This document shows positions 38,719 through 51,221 of a stretch of 64,000 nucleotides of DNA, in pieces; positions within the stretch are counted from its first letter, which is position 1; each line of letters begins with the position of its first letter. The DNA is taken from NCBI RefSeq assembly GCF_000711695.1, contig NW_013547014.1:62001-126000 (forward strand), given 5' to 3'. The notes beneath the pieces were generated by a model. It was not told the origin of the DNA. It was given only the letters and a program-made list of their open reading frames with translations, and made no database searches. Made by a program: the position numbers and the translations under genes. Source of the stretch: Tilletiaria anomala UBC 951. Its lineage: Eukaryota.

Positions 38719-38828
38719 TGATGTTGCAATTATCTATAATGCACTATGACCCAGCTTGGTATTGTATATCCTAAATCATTGCTGCACTGCAGCAAAGTTC
38801 GTTCACTTGCTTCGTCTAAAATCCCAAA

Positions 38829-41638
38829 TCAAGCCTTTTGCTCGGCTTCAGCCTTTCGGGCGGCAGCCTTTGTCCTCCAAGCGTTACCTCTATATGCGAC
38901 CAGGAAGAGCATAGCCTGTGCAAGTGCCAGCACAACCGCCCAACCAGTATTGAACCAGCCGTCACCCATCCGATCCTGCAGCGGTCCTGCGATCTGACTC
39001 GCTACGCATGCGAACGCGCCGCGGTACACCGAGTTGGTGCTGACCGCGGCAGCAGCACGGCCCTTGTTCGCATCGACGAGGTAGCTCAGCACGGAAGAGT
39101 AAGCGCCGAACTGCACAAAACCCAGGAAGAAGAGGACGATGACGGGGCCGGCGACGTTCACTTTTTTGTCGACGAGCCAGGCGTACGCAACAAACATCAG
39201 AGGTGTCAAGATGCACAGGAGCCGCACCGCCATCAGGCGCTCTTCCGCCGGTGCCGGATGTCCCGTCGCACATCGCTTGCGCATCAAGTTGCGGTCGCTC
39301 AGGCGCCCCCCGCAGATGCTGCCGATCATCCCGCCGGCACCCAGGCTGAATAGGACAAGGCCGACCTTGATCGGCTCGAAATGATAAGGCGCCGCTCCGA
39401 ACGTCCGCGATGCCTGTCCAATATTATGGTTTGAGGCAATTGACAGGTGAGCGCTCAGTCCTGGTGCGACATGCCTCCAGTTGTGGCACTCACAGCGAAA
39501 GACAGACTGTATTGAGAGCCAAAGGTTAGCCCTGAGAAAGTCAGGGTCAGGAAATTGTGTGGCTGCTGGATGATTCCAAACATCGGCAGGAGCGGATTGA
39601 CATCGCTGGCGTGAACCCTGACTTTGATCTCCTTTCCATCGGTTGTGATGATGCGATCTAAACTGTTAACCGCGCTGCCAGAGATGGATATGGCAGAATT
39701 CTTGGTCGTGCTACGCTTCAGTCGCCCGGTAATCTCACCCGACGTCGCCTTCGTAAGAGCGGAAAAGGTCACAGCGCCTGGCGCGCTGCGGACATGCGCG
39801 AGTGGTGGCATTTTTGTCTGGCTGTTCTCGACTACTTTGGACAGCTCATTTTGGTGCACATTCAGCAGCCCTTCCGTTGTGAATGCTGCATGCAGGTCGT
39901 TGCAGCTGCAGCTGCTGATACCCGCCGTATGGCCGTGGTACTCATGGTGTCCATAGCCGTGATCATACTCGTCATGATGCGCTGGCAAAGACGATTCATT
40001 TTGCAGTTGTTGGTGCTCTTCAAGTGGCCTCAGCCCCACTCCCGCATCGACGTGCACCTTCGGCCCGCCGGACCAGACGGCGCCCAGTTGTGTGCCAAGT
40101 TTGCGCGTCGCTGGGTGTGATCGTGGATGTGCACTACTGATTAAGTAGATCGGTGAATCAAACGGCTTTTCGTCGCTCCTTGTACCGCTTGAGATCGGAT
40201 GTAATGTCCCATTCTTTTTGCCAACGTCTCTGCACCCTTCGATCGGCCATAGCTGCCGGATAGTGTATGTCCGTCTGCTGGGTATTTGTCGTTGAACCTC
40301 ACCGTTTTGCGATGCTCCCTTTGCATCCAGAGCCATAGCTTCCACAATGGCACGCTTGTGTGCTTTCTGCCAAACAAGACTTCGCTCCTTTCGGAAGGTC
40401 TCTCGGAAGAAGAGGATGTAGCATAGCAAAATCGCACTACCGCAGGCTGCAAGGAAATAGAATGTGATTCGCCAGCTCCCGGCAGACGTCAATGCACCGC
40501 CCACTGCATGGAGAGAGATGAGACGTTGTCAGTCTTGCGCTTATGAGGTGCATCTAACGCCACATCCGTTATACCCACAGACTTCTCGGGTGCACGGAAA
40601 GGCACGGCAGTCCAGGGAAATGTGTTCATCAGCTGTTTGCTCAAACTTTTCAGTTCTTGAGAATACTTACGTGCTCCCATGCTCGGGCCTAAAAGAGGTG
40701 CGCACTGCAGATAGTCGATAAGATTAGACGGTCAACTTTGTGCTCTGTTGCTTTCACCCTAGCTGTTGAGACACGAACATAGTAAAGACCGAGAACTCGG
40801 CCGCGTGATTCGACCTCGTACATGTCTGCAATGGTGCCTGCATATCGTAAAGATCATGAGCTCTGTGGACGTGTTTGGCAAGCGAAAGAATAAAGCCCTC
40901 ACCTGCTGCCATGGTCAACAGAGGGCTGCTTGCGTAGCCACCAATGACGCGCATAGCAATAAACTGCCCAATGCTATTTGCGCGCCCGGCCCCGACTTGC
41001 GCCAGCGTGAAAGCAAGGAGACAGGATAGGTAGATCCATTTCCTGCCGTACAGCTCGCTGATCGGTACAAATGTCATACTTCCACCACCTTGGACGAGGA
41101 TGAAGATGGACACACTGAGTGCCAAGACAGACGGGTTCGTTCGAAGATCGGCTTCGACGGATGCGAGTGCTGGAAAGATGATGTTGGCAGCTGACGCTGG
41201 TATCCACGAGCCGGCGCTGAGCATGACGACCATGAGAAACTTCCTGGCCGGCGACCAAAGACGCGGGTCGTTGCCGTCTGGAAGAGGTTGGTGCTCGATG
41301 TCCAATGGCACGGCGGGAACACCTGCCGTGGTTGATGAAGAGGCATGACATGCGTCAGGGTTGATTTTTCTCGCATAGTCTCCCTTGTTCGCGTCAAGAG
41401 GGAACATTGTAGATGATGCACCCGGGGTTGCTGGGGCGGCTGGCTCCACTGCATGAGCCGCTTCTCGCAAGGCGACAGCCAGATGATCGCTGTCGCCTGT
41501 GGTCCGTTCTTGCGCCTGTTCTTGCATTTGGTGTTCCAAAGGCCCTTCCGAGTTGATACTGCTGTCTTGGGTATTGTGTCTGCGTTGCCCCTGCAGCGGT
41601 TCCGTGCCCGCTGGGCTTGCTGCCACCGATGAAGGCAT
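38829..41638 (-). CDS. MFS transporter, DHA1 (drug:H+ antiporter) family; introns 40838-40902, 40705-40778, 40582-40670, 40504-40578, 39414-39493
   Basis: DPRLWSPARK, PISELYGRK, G|TIADMY...RG, GPSMG...GG..WR..F, GGRLSD, PAEERL, YLVDA. Confidence 0.9.
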
Positions 41639-42467
41639 CGTTGAGACGCTTGCTATTCAGACCTGGCTCGGTGTGGTCAGAGCGTCAGTCCGTGCGTCGT
41701 TCTCAAGTCATGGCTCTTGCTGGATATTGTACTATGTCAGTGGGCTCTGCTCGCTATCGACCTCCCTTCGTCTATATATATGAAAGCAAACGAGCGAGCA
41801 CCGTACTGCCGAACAGAATGACTCGTACGCGTTTAAGTGCATGTCGACGACCTCAACGCGTTGTAGTTCCTGTCATCAGCGTGGGGAGTGACGAAAATTA
41901 TTAAAGCCGCATCAAGCCGCTGGCGAAAACTACAAAGATCTCAGGGGTTTTCCGCGCAGTAGGGGAGCCAGCAGAAACAAGCTCTCCCTGGTATTTAGAC
42001 GCGGCGGCTTCGGATTCCACCTTTGGGGCTAATTTCTGCTGCTTCGGCCGACAAAAGCCGAGGAGCACCGAAGAAAGTTTTCGGTTGATCTGAAACGAAA
42101 ATCGGGGGAAATCCCACAATGGCTCTCTACCGCATACGGAGACTAGCGCGGCATACACAAGCTAGAGTCCACCAATTTTCTACTCCGTTTTCTCCGGTTC
42201 CGACTCTCGAGTCACCACCCTCCCTTAGTCTTGCTTTCCTATCATAGTATGAACCCGTTGGCCTGCCAACAGCATAATATAAAGCAATGAGATCATGTAC
42301 TTGATCCGCTTGGGCGGAACCTGGTACCCAGCCCGACGGGACCACGACAAGGGTCAGCTTGAACAGAGTTGGCGACAAACTGCACCACAGGAAGGCACTC
42401 ACACATTTCGCGGTGCCGTCGCATTCCTGCGTTTGTGATTCGATTAAGTGGCGTATATACGACGAAG

Positions 42468-43621
42468 ATGTCACCAGCCTCCGTCGAAGTTTATCACAGA
42501 TCGGACGATGCCGAGCTGTACCGTGAAAACGCCTCGTTCGTGAGTCGTATGGTTGTATCCTACCATGCGGAGGTCATTGGTACACAGATCAGGATGACCA
42601 CATTGCAAGTGCTCCGTCTTATTTACCCCCCACTGACAGGTCTATTCGGACGATAACACTGCACCAGTCTTGCAGCTGCTTGGTGCTGAGCCTGGTGATG
42701 CCATTCTTGATGTTGGCTGTGGTGCGTTCTCTCTGTGCTTAAGGTCGTTGCACAACACTGAATTTCACCTCCTGCCAACTCCGATGGCTCAACCGTGGTT
42801 CCAGGCAGCGGTGAATTGACTGTGAAGGTCGCAACGCTAGCGTCGAAGACAGGCACCGTGTTGGGCGTGGATGCATCTGAGGACATGATCTCCAAAGCTC
42901 GAGGGCACGAGCCTTCGTCAAATTTTTCTTTTGAGGTAGTTGATTGCCACGAACTCCAAGCTTGGCTCGAAGAGCATGGTAAACAGGCAACTTTTGACAA
43001 AGTCTTCAGCAGTGCAGCAGTAAGTGATCATTAAAATCTACAAGCCTCTCGGCATATCAGATGGACGGCTGATATATCGAGGCTTGATGGTGTACGGTGC
43101 ACCAGCTGCACTGGATGAATAGATCTCCTTCCCGCGTGGCAACCGGTATGCGCTCTGCAATCAAGAAAGGCGGCGTGCTTGCTCTCGAGATGGGCGGAGC
43201 CGGCAACGTCAGCGCTGTGCGAAGTCTTCTGCGTCGGCACCTCGCGCAGCGCGGTGTGGATCCATCCAAAGTCGATCCATGGTATTTCCCCACCGTCAAA
43301 GAATACACCGCGGTGCTCGAATCGGCAGGATTCCAGGTTGAGCACGCCGCGCTCGTCGTGCGACCTACACCATTACCGGAGAGATCCGGGATCAGGGGTT
43401 GGCTCAGGACGTTCGCAGGGCCGTTCTTGAACGCGTTGAAGTCGGATGTAGAGCGCGAGCAAGTCGTTGCTGCTGTAGAGAAGGAGCTGGTCGATGCTGC
43501 TACGTCTGAGGCAAGTGACAAGGGCGGCGAGGAAAATTTTGAATCAACCTGGTTCGATGCCAGCAGTGGGCAATGGACCGCTCCATATGTTCGTCTCCGT
43601 GTGAGGGCGATTGCTCATTGA
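42468..43621 (+). CDS. Class I SAM-dependent small-molecule methyltransferase (Tam/Methyltransf_11-like); introns 42540-42639, 42722-42804, 43020-43105
   Basis: Spliced YRENASF|VYS...ILDVGCG|SGELT, GVDASEDM, FDKVFSSAA|LHWM, EMGGAGNV, PWYFP, YVRLR. Confidence 0.88.
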
Positions 43622-44678
43622 TATCTATAGCATTGTATGAAGCTCATCCTAAAATGATGGAAGAAATGATCCTACGGAAAGACCGTCGTCGGATTCGCAT
43701 TCACAGTTGCAGACTCTTGGCTTGACCCTTTACAATATAGACTCTACGCTGGATCTGCAGGTGCACTCTGGCCTACCAGCTGAGCCATTGCTTCTGTGCG
43801 CGAATATGAGCTCGTGAACAAAGCCAATCGTGTTACAGAAAGAGGGTCTTCAAATTGAAGGCAAGGGTACGGGAACCAGCATGATGAGCTCAATGATACG
43901 CACGATCAGTTCCCGCGCAGCAATCAGGCCCTCATGGTATGATATAGCCACCGAGGCTCAAAAATCAAGGACTTTCGTTTAATCTTGCCACTTGGGCAAG
44001 CGTGTCTATGGGCGGGCTCAAATGCGGCAAGTTACACGTTGCACATCGTACAATCAGCCATACTCGCCAGACACGAAGTTAGAGCACATGCGACGCGGAC
44101 AGCTGTTGCTGAGCATTACTTTCTGCAAGCTACTTTATCCTCCTCCGTGAATTGGTGTTTTGCGTGGCGCGACGGAAGAGATGCGAGCAGTCGGTAGCTC
44201 TCTCGAGGACAATGCTTCGATGATGGTCCTGCTAAGCCTGACAGATGTTCAGATGATAAATGAACGAATGGTGTTGGTAGTTGAACACGTAATGCGTGAT
44301 GTGCGCGAAACACAAACCCTGTAAAACGCGCCTTTGGTTTGATTGGTCCGTCGCATCTACAACGCGTTTCAATGTCTCCGTGGTTGCCTCCCAAGGGTGA
44401 GCCGCGAGGTCAACGCAATTCTTCTTGCCGTTTATATGCACCATTCGTTCATACATGCGACTCTGAGCTGGCCGCAACACTTCTACGCTACAACGGCTCT
44501 GACTTCGAAGGTGTGGAGATACCTAGGCTACTGCCTTTTTTCGTCCGAACTCACCCACGCTCGCGCATTTGTCGGCGGTGGTCGGCTGCTTGCGCTTGAA
44601 GTCACCAGACTCGCTTGTGACAGGTTGCTGGAGCGTACCCTTGGTGGCCCTTCTGCTTCAAGCAGACGAGCAGCCACC

Positions 44679-47676
44679 ATGTCGCGCTCTCATGAGCATC
44701 ACGCCGCCAGGGATCTCCACGACGATTCGAGGGCGCTGCTGGGTAGAGATGGCGGCCCAGCCTCGACAGCATCCGGCTCCAAGCGGCCACGATCTCCCGG
44801 CGCTGGTCCCGCCCCAGATTACGACTACGATTACTACGGCTCAGCTGACTGGTACGGAGGGGCATCAGACCACTATGGTATTCCTTCCTCAGCTGGTCTT
44901 CCACGGGACCCGTGGTATGAGTATGGATACGAAGACCGGGACAGAGCAAGAGGGGGGCGGTACAGAGAAGAATGGGAGGCGTACTACCGAGAAAAGGAGT
45001 GGGAGGAGTACTATGCTCGCCGCGCATCCGCTGGTGCCGTCCCGAGAGATGATCGATATGATCTTCGTCAACGGATCGAAGGCATGGTTCCGGGAGATGT
45101 GGATCCGTATGCGAGAGACCATCCTCGTGGAGATCCTCGCAGCGCGTATGGCGCACCTCAGCCCCTGGGAGGCGCTGGCGGAGTCGAGGTTGGGCCTATG
45201 GCAGGCCCCGCTCAAGCGGATGCTTCAGGCCGCCCTCTTTCGGCCTCGACTCGGCCGGATCCGCTGCAATCCGACCACCTCATGCCGTTTAGGGCCTACG
45301 TGCAATATCACAAGTCTAGCGGCAAGACTTCCGAGCCGACCGGCGATCTCGGCCAGGATTACCAGTCATACCGGGCACAAGTGCAGAAGCGCCAGATGTG
45401 GAAGTTCTTCGAGACAAGAAAGGAAGATAAGTGGTTCATCGAGCGGTACAGCCCTGCCGAGGAGCACGCCAAGCAGCGTCTCGCATGGAAGAAGGCCGGA
45501 AGGGAAGGCAGAAAGGAGAAATGGATTGCAGAGCTTAAAGAGGGTCGACTGGACAAGGTTTGCTTCGATTTGAAGCAGGCCAAGAAGGAGCCTTCCTCGA
45601 CACCCGCACACGAGCCTAAAGCAAAACTCGACTCGACAGCTGACGGCGAAAAGGAGGCCAAAGCTGCAGATGGCAAAGAGGCGGATGATAAGGAAACCGC
45701 CGAAGCTTGCGATGAGCAAAAGGATTCTGCGAGGACAGAGGCTAAAGTTGAGCCGGGATTGGAGGCAAATGACCATAACACCTCCGCATCAGGTCAAGCA
45801 AAGGGACAAGCAGGGGTGGAGGGTCGGCGTCGAGGTAACAGCACAGCACAGAAGCCCTTCCGCATTACAACTCGCTTCGGAGAAGAGAAGGATCAAGGGC
45901 GTGACGAACTCATTCCGCCGAATCCGCTGCAGCTGCTCGTGCAGAACATTTCGCCGGAGATGGAGAGGATAGAGCTGGAAGAACGCTTTCGAAAACACGC
46001 AGGCAAGGCGTTTAGATATCTCGCCGTCAGCGATCCGCGAGAGGGCAAGAGATGGACCAGAATGGGCTATGCTGTGTTCGATGAGGGGACAGATTTAAAG
46101 CCTATCAAGGAAGCAATGAATGAGGAGAAGGTTAGTATATAGAGCAACGACTGGACTTCGAACGTTTCTCCTGACTCTGACCCCGGTCGGTTCGCAGATC
46201 GCAGGCCTCACGCTCAATGTTACATTTAGCGACCGAGCAGGGATGTCACGCGTCCAGATGGCACCCGAGGTGGCGGGCTCCGCCCGTCGCCTCAAACACG
46301 ACCTACAACAGGCCAAAGCACTCATCGCCAAGCTGGAAGCGGAAGATCGCGACGAGGTCTTCGCTCCTTCACTTGACACAGCTGCTCAGTCCCACGATGC
46401 AGACGGCGAAAGCGAAAGCAATGGGCGGCGCGTCACAGCAGATGACATCGCTATTGAGCTGCCTGCGTCGCTGTCGCAGAGCGCCACTGCACTGATTGAG
46501 GAGAGGTGCAGCGAGCTGGGCTTGCCGCTCTCCGAAGCAGTAGCTGCCGTACCTGATGACGCCGAGGTCACAGCGAAAGGCGACGAGCTGGAACGAGTGC
46601 GCGACATACTCAAGAAACACCTGGATCTTCACCTCGACGCTCTGCGTCAGGTGTATCACACCGACTATTACTCTGGCCTGATACGAGATTTCCCCGAAGA
46701 GCTCATCAGGCGCTCGCCCATCTCAGTCAGGAGGGCACCAGTTGAGCCTGCACATGAACCTACGAGTACCGCCGCTGGTGAGCTGCTTGGCACAGATGAA
46801 CCTCGGTGCCACAGACGTACTGATGCTTGCCTTGCTTTCTACAGGCACCGATGCTTGGTGTAAAAATGTCGACACTCGCATTGACATGCTTCTCAAGCCT
46901 GAGACGCTCGATCTGGAAGAACTCGGTGGCAAGACGATCGAGAAGGAAATGACCGAGATCGCGGCTCCGTACATCAAGCAAGAGGACAAGGACAAGCATC
47001 GCTGCATGGTTCAAGTTGATGGTGCGCCTTGCAGTAAACGTTTCGTCGCGCCTGGCTTCGTCCAGAAGCATATCAGAAACAAGCATAAAAAGTTCCTTGA
47101 GGATTTGGCAGCACCGAGAATAGAGAAAGTGAGAGACGTCTCGTTTTTCTTTCACGCTACAGAAGAACTTCACTGATTGTGCTGCACCCGGCATCACTGG
47201 TAACACAGGCCACCTTTTTCAACAACTATGTGTTCGACCCCTGCCGACCGATGCCAGGACAGAACAACCGCCAGGAAGGCGCGAACGGCGCAGGTTACAA
47301 TGCCGGCGGCGCACCATTCAATCTCAGCAACATGTCGCCTCCAGAGATGATGGCCATGATGGCGCAGATGATGGGCGGCCAGATGCCCTTTGACAGGTCG
47401 ATGATGGACCGGATGATGGGTGCCGGCCCTCCGCCAGGCAAGCGCGCGCGGCGGGGCGGAGGAGGCGGCGCCAGCGCCGGTGGAAGTCTGGGCGCGAGGT
47501 TGGGCGGCAAGCCCCGTGATCGCGAACGCGATCGTAGAGGCCCTCGCTACGATGGACCAGCTCCCGAACCGCTGCCATCTGGCCCGCTTGACCCGAGAGC
47601 GTCACATGGCAAGCGCAGCTACCAAGACCTCGACAGCATTCCTGCTGCAGAAAAAGACGTCGAGTTGGAGTACTAA
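44679..47676 (+). CDS. ARS2: ARS2/SERRATE (Pir2) cap-associated RNA processing factor; introns 46131-46197, 46778-46844, 47129-47208
   Basis: FF...K...WFIERYSP, RRM-like segment, LDALRQVY..DYY, C2H2 C...CSKRF...FVQKHIRNKH, FFNNYVFDP, C-terminal YQDLD; strong GCCACCATG start context. Confidence 0.88.
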
Positions 47677-47747
47677 ATGTAATAAGGTTGCTATGTTACA
47701 CGAAGCCAAAGCATGGACGCTGTGGAAATGAAGATGCGGGGGCTCAA

Positions 47748-50233
47748 TCACCATTGTACCGCCAGACCATTCGTCTCTTCAGTAGGAAGTGCTCTGTATT
47801 GTGTACGCAGCAGCTTTTCGCGCGGTATTAAGCTGGTTTCTTGAATTTCCTGCACAACTTTATCTGCGATGTCGTCGAGGTGCATTGTGGGCACCACCGT
47901 GCCACTCTCAGCGATGATGTTGTCGAAAGCGATCTGTGCTCTTGCTTTCGGAGCGATGCCAGTTGACGCTTTCGCCTTGTCTGAATGGTCTAGGGAAGAG
48001 AAGGAAGACCAGTATGCATTCTCTACGTTCGCGACCCATTCCTTCGACGTGCCTTGCCAGCCTTGCATGCGCAGCTCGTCGAAACTCTCAGTACCGTTGG
48101 ATGTATTTGCCCAGCCGCCTTCGACGTATCCCTCGGGGTCGGCTTGGCCTGTGGCAGATGCATCGAGCCCGTTGAGTGTGCCGTTGCCGCTGCCGTTGGC
48201 ATGGGCATTCGTCGTGTCCCCGAGAGGAGGCCGCAGCTGCCCGCCGCCATTGACACAGCCGGACGGGCAAGCCATCACCTCGATGTAGTCGTAGCCTCGT
48301 TCACCGTCACTTTCCAGCGGACTGGCTGTTCCTGACCCTGGCGCTGACCCTCTTGCTCCTCTTCTGACCATTCCAGCCCCAGCACGCCCGTGCGCAGCAA
48401 TCCTTGCACGCATGCCGACGCCTCCTTTGTCTGCGCTGCCGCTGCCGCCAAGGCTGATCGCGCTGACGCCTACACCGTTGATACTTTTAGCTGCAGCGCC
48501 ACGCGCGCTTCGTGTGCCAGTTTGCTTGTGCAGCTTGCGTACGAGGTTCTGCAGGTTGCGGAAGCCGTAGCAGTAGGCGCCTTTGAAGAGGATCTCGCCC
48601 GCTTCCTGCTGCGCGTCGTTCTCGATCGAGGTGGACGGTGCACGTAAGATGAATTCGATATAGTCGGCCGAGCGAATCGTCGAGATGAAAAGCTGCGGTA
48701 CAGCTCCAGCGCGATGCAATCGATGCTCTTGTAGCCACTCAAGCGCGACTGCTTGGATCAGGCAGAAGAGGTAGCTTCCGCTGCTGCTTCCATCGTGTTC
48801 GATTCCTGATGGCAGAGCGAGTGCAGATGAATCCGTCGCATCGGACTCGCTTTGTACTGCACTGTGGCCATTCTGCAACAGGCCATATTTGACATGGCCT
48901 CCATTTGTACGAAGGGTGTTGACGAGCTCGGTCTTAATCCCTGCATTTGCGCCGATTGCAAGCTCCTGCTGCAGCATATCCTCCTCTTCTTCCAGCACCT
49001 GAGACAGATCGAATCCCTCCTCTTCCATTAACTTCTCCAGCTCACCCGTGGTGAGAACGCAGTCGACCTCTTTCCAGCCCGTTACTTCGTCCACAAAGTC
49101 TTGCCTCGAAGCCTCCAGTTTCTTGTCATAGCACGGCATGACGGTGACGTGGTATACGCGCTGGAAGGGTGCTTCCTTTGCTGCAGTACGGTTGGAGAGG
49201 GGGAGGAGGTAGCGCTTGGCCAAGATGCCGGCAACCTGCTGCGGCGACTTGGTGGTGGAGATAAAAGGCAGGAGCTCGCCATGTGTCTTTTCGGCGTAGC
49301 AGATCCAGCCAGGGCATGCGCTGGCGAGCATGGGGAGCCCTTTATGTGGCTCAACCACGTTGCCGACACTGCTGAGCCGCGACCCAAGTTTTTGAGGGAC
49401 AAAGTCGTCTTCTCCTATTCCACCATGATCTAGGCCCTTCCGCTGCCGTCGCCGTCTCTCTTCGCGTCGGCGCTCGATAAACTCGGCAGTGTGCTCACGC
49501 AGCGCGACATGACGAGCGAACGTCGTGTCGTAGATGTGATGGAAGCCGAAGCGCTGAGCGAGGAAATGGCGAATACGAAGGAGGATGAGGTACAGTGGGA
49601 CGGTAGAGTGCAGGGTGTACTGCAACTTGGCTGCCAGCGAGGAAAGTGATTGGGGCGAGATGCTTGCCACGCGCAGAGTCCTCCCCTCCACCCCTTCTGC
49701 TGCTGCCGCCATGGCACCCGAGGACTTTGAAACTATCTCTGCCTGTTGTTCAAGTCCAAGCTGCTCCACGACAGCCCTGCGCATCTCTTCGTGGCTCTGC
49801 ATGGTGATCAGCACACTTTCGGCGCTGGTGACGCAACCGCTGCACGCGAGGCAATCGTTGAGAGATATTTGCGCTGCTTCCAGCTTCGTTCGTGCCCTCG
49901 GCTGAGCGGTTAAAGATGAAGCAGCGCCGGCGAATTCAGGCAGGGGCTGCCCCTCGTAGTACGAACCATCGTGGTCGATGGAGATCTCTGTCGCGGCGCG
50001 CCCGCTTGCGCCAGCGGTTGTCTCGGCGTCGCCATTGTCACTGGCGAGCTGAATGGGGAGGGAGTTGATTTCCACGGGTTTGATGCATGCTTGCGAGGGG
50101 CCCAGATAGTCGTTGAGGTCTGTGAGCGTCTGCCGGAAATATAGTTGTGTCAGAGCCCACAGCTCATACCAAGGATTGACGGGTCGAGTTTGAACAGGTC
50201 TAGGGGACTCACCAATGCTCCAGAGAATACCAT
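47748..50233 (-). CDS. NAR1: Cytosolic Fe-S cluster assembly factor Nar1 ([FeFe]-hydrogenase-like); intron 50130-50212
   Basis: MVFSGAL|TLTDLNDYLGPSQACIKP, SLNDCLACSGC, ASACPGW, VMPCYDKKLEA, YGFRNLQN, EVMACPSGCVNGGG, C-terminal W. Confidence 0.95.
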
Positions 50234-51221
50234 TGCCACTGCGCGTCCCCGACACACAACAGTGAGCACATCCGTTTACCGTTGGCGGCTCTTGAAACGC
50301 GCTGGGACTGGTAGACTTGGAAGTATCCGAGCCTAGCCTCTGCGGCTCTGATTTTTGCACCGTAAGTGTCTAGCAATGGTCCGTGAGTGGATCCAATCAA
50401 CCTCATCCATCGGCGTCTGGAGGGAAGATGGGGATGATGGTGGCGGGGGTCATCCCAAAATTTTGGAGACAGGTTATTGTGCTTCTCCGCGCCGGTGATA
50501 AGGCGGACACGGTAACCCTACTTTTCAAGAACTCAGCAACACATCCATTGCAGTTCTCGTGCGAGAATGGAATTTCGCGGGAATCCTGCCCGAGTCCCGC
50601 ACTTTGGCCAGCGGGAGTTGGCCAAAGAAATGGGTTTTTTTGGGGAGGAGAAGGATTTGGGGGGAGTTAGGGTTGGACTCTCCCGCGGGATCCCGGGAAT
50701 CCCGAACGAGAATGCAAACTCTACTTGGCTCGCTCTAACTGCTCGTCCATCAATTGCCACTGAGGTGCTATGTTCAAAGAACGTTCTTCTTCCGTATGTC
50801 ACTAATGGCAGATCGGAGGCCAGGATGTATTCACATGTACTCCTTCCTCGATACTTCCTGGGGTCTCTGGTATCCATGGAGCGATATGGCGATGCCCAAT
50901 CCCGGCATGTCCCAGGATCGGGCATCGTGCTAGAACGGTTGGGCTGACAAATACTGACTGTGTATTTCATGCTTTCCAGCGATGATTGTTATCTGGCCCA
51001 CCGTTTGGCATCGAGACCTCGCCAGGTTGGACTCTTCATGAACGTTGGGAGTCTGCTTACACAGAAAGCGACAGTAGCGTGCTGCTTGGCCGACAGCTGT
51101 GGCCCCCCTCATCCATGCTTCTGATGGCTTTTCTTGTGGGGGTTGTCATCTGTATCATAATCTGCAAATAGGGTAGCCCTCATCTATTCTACTGCGGAGT
51201 CTATAAATCGACATGTTGGCA

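Noticed and set aside
44343..44678. In-frame upstream extensions of ARS2 (and likewise DPH1, NAR1, DIS3 and the TIM paralogue in the ORF track)
   Set aside because: Non-ATG starts from a prokaryote-style ORF caller; homology motifs and Kozak context favour the downstream ATGs
50511..50522. TAACCCTA as a telomerase RNA template
   Set aside because: Single short match in a ~1-kb promoter gap with no other recognisable telomerase RNA elements
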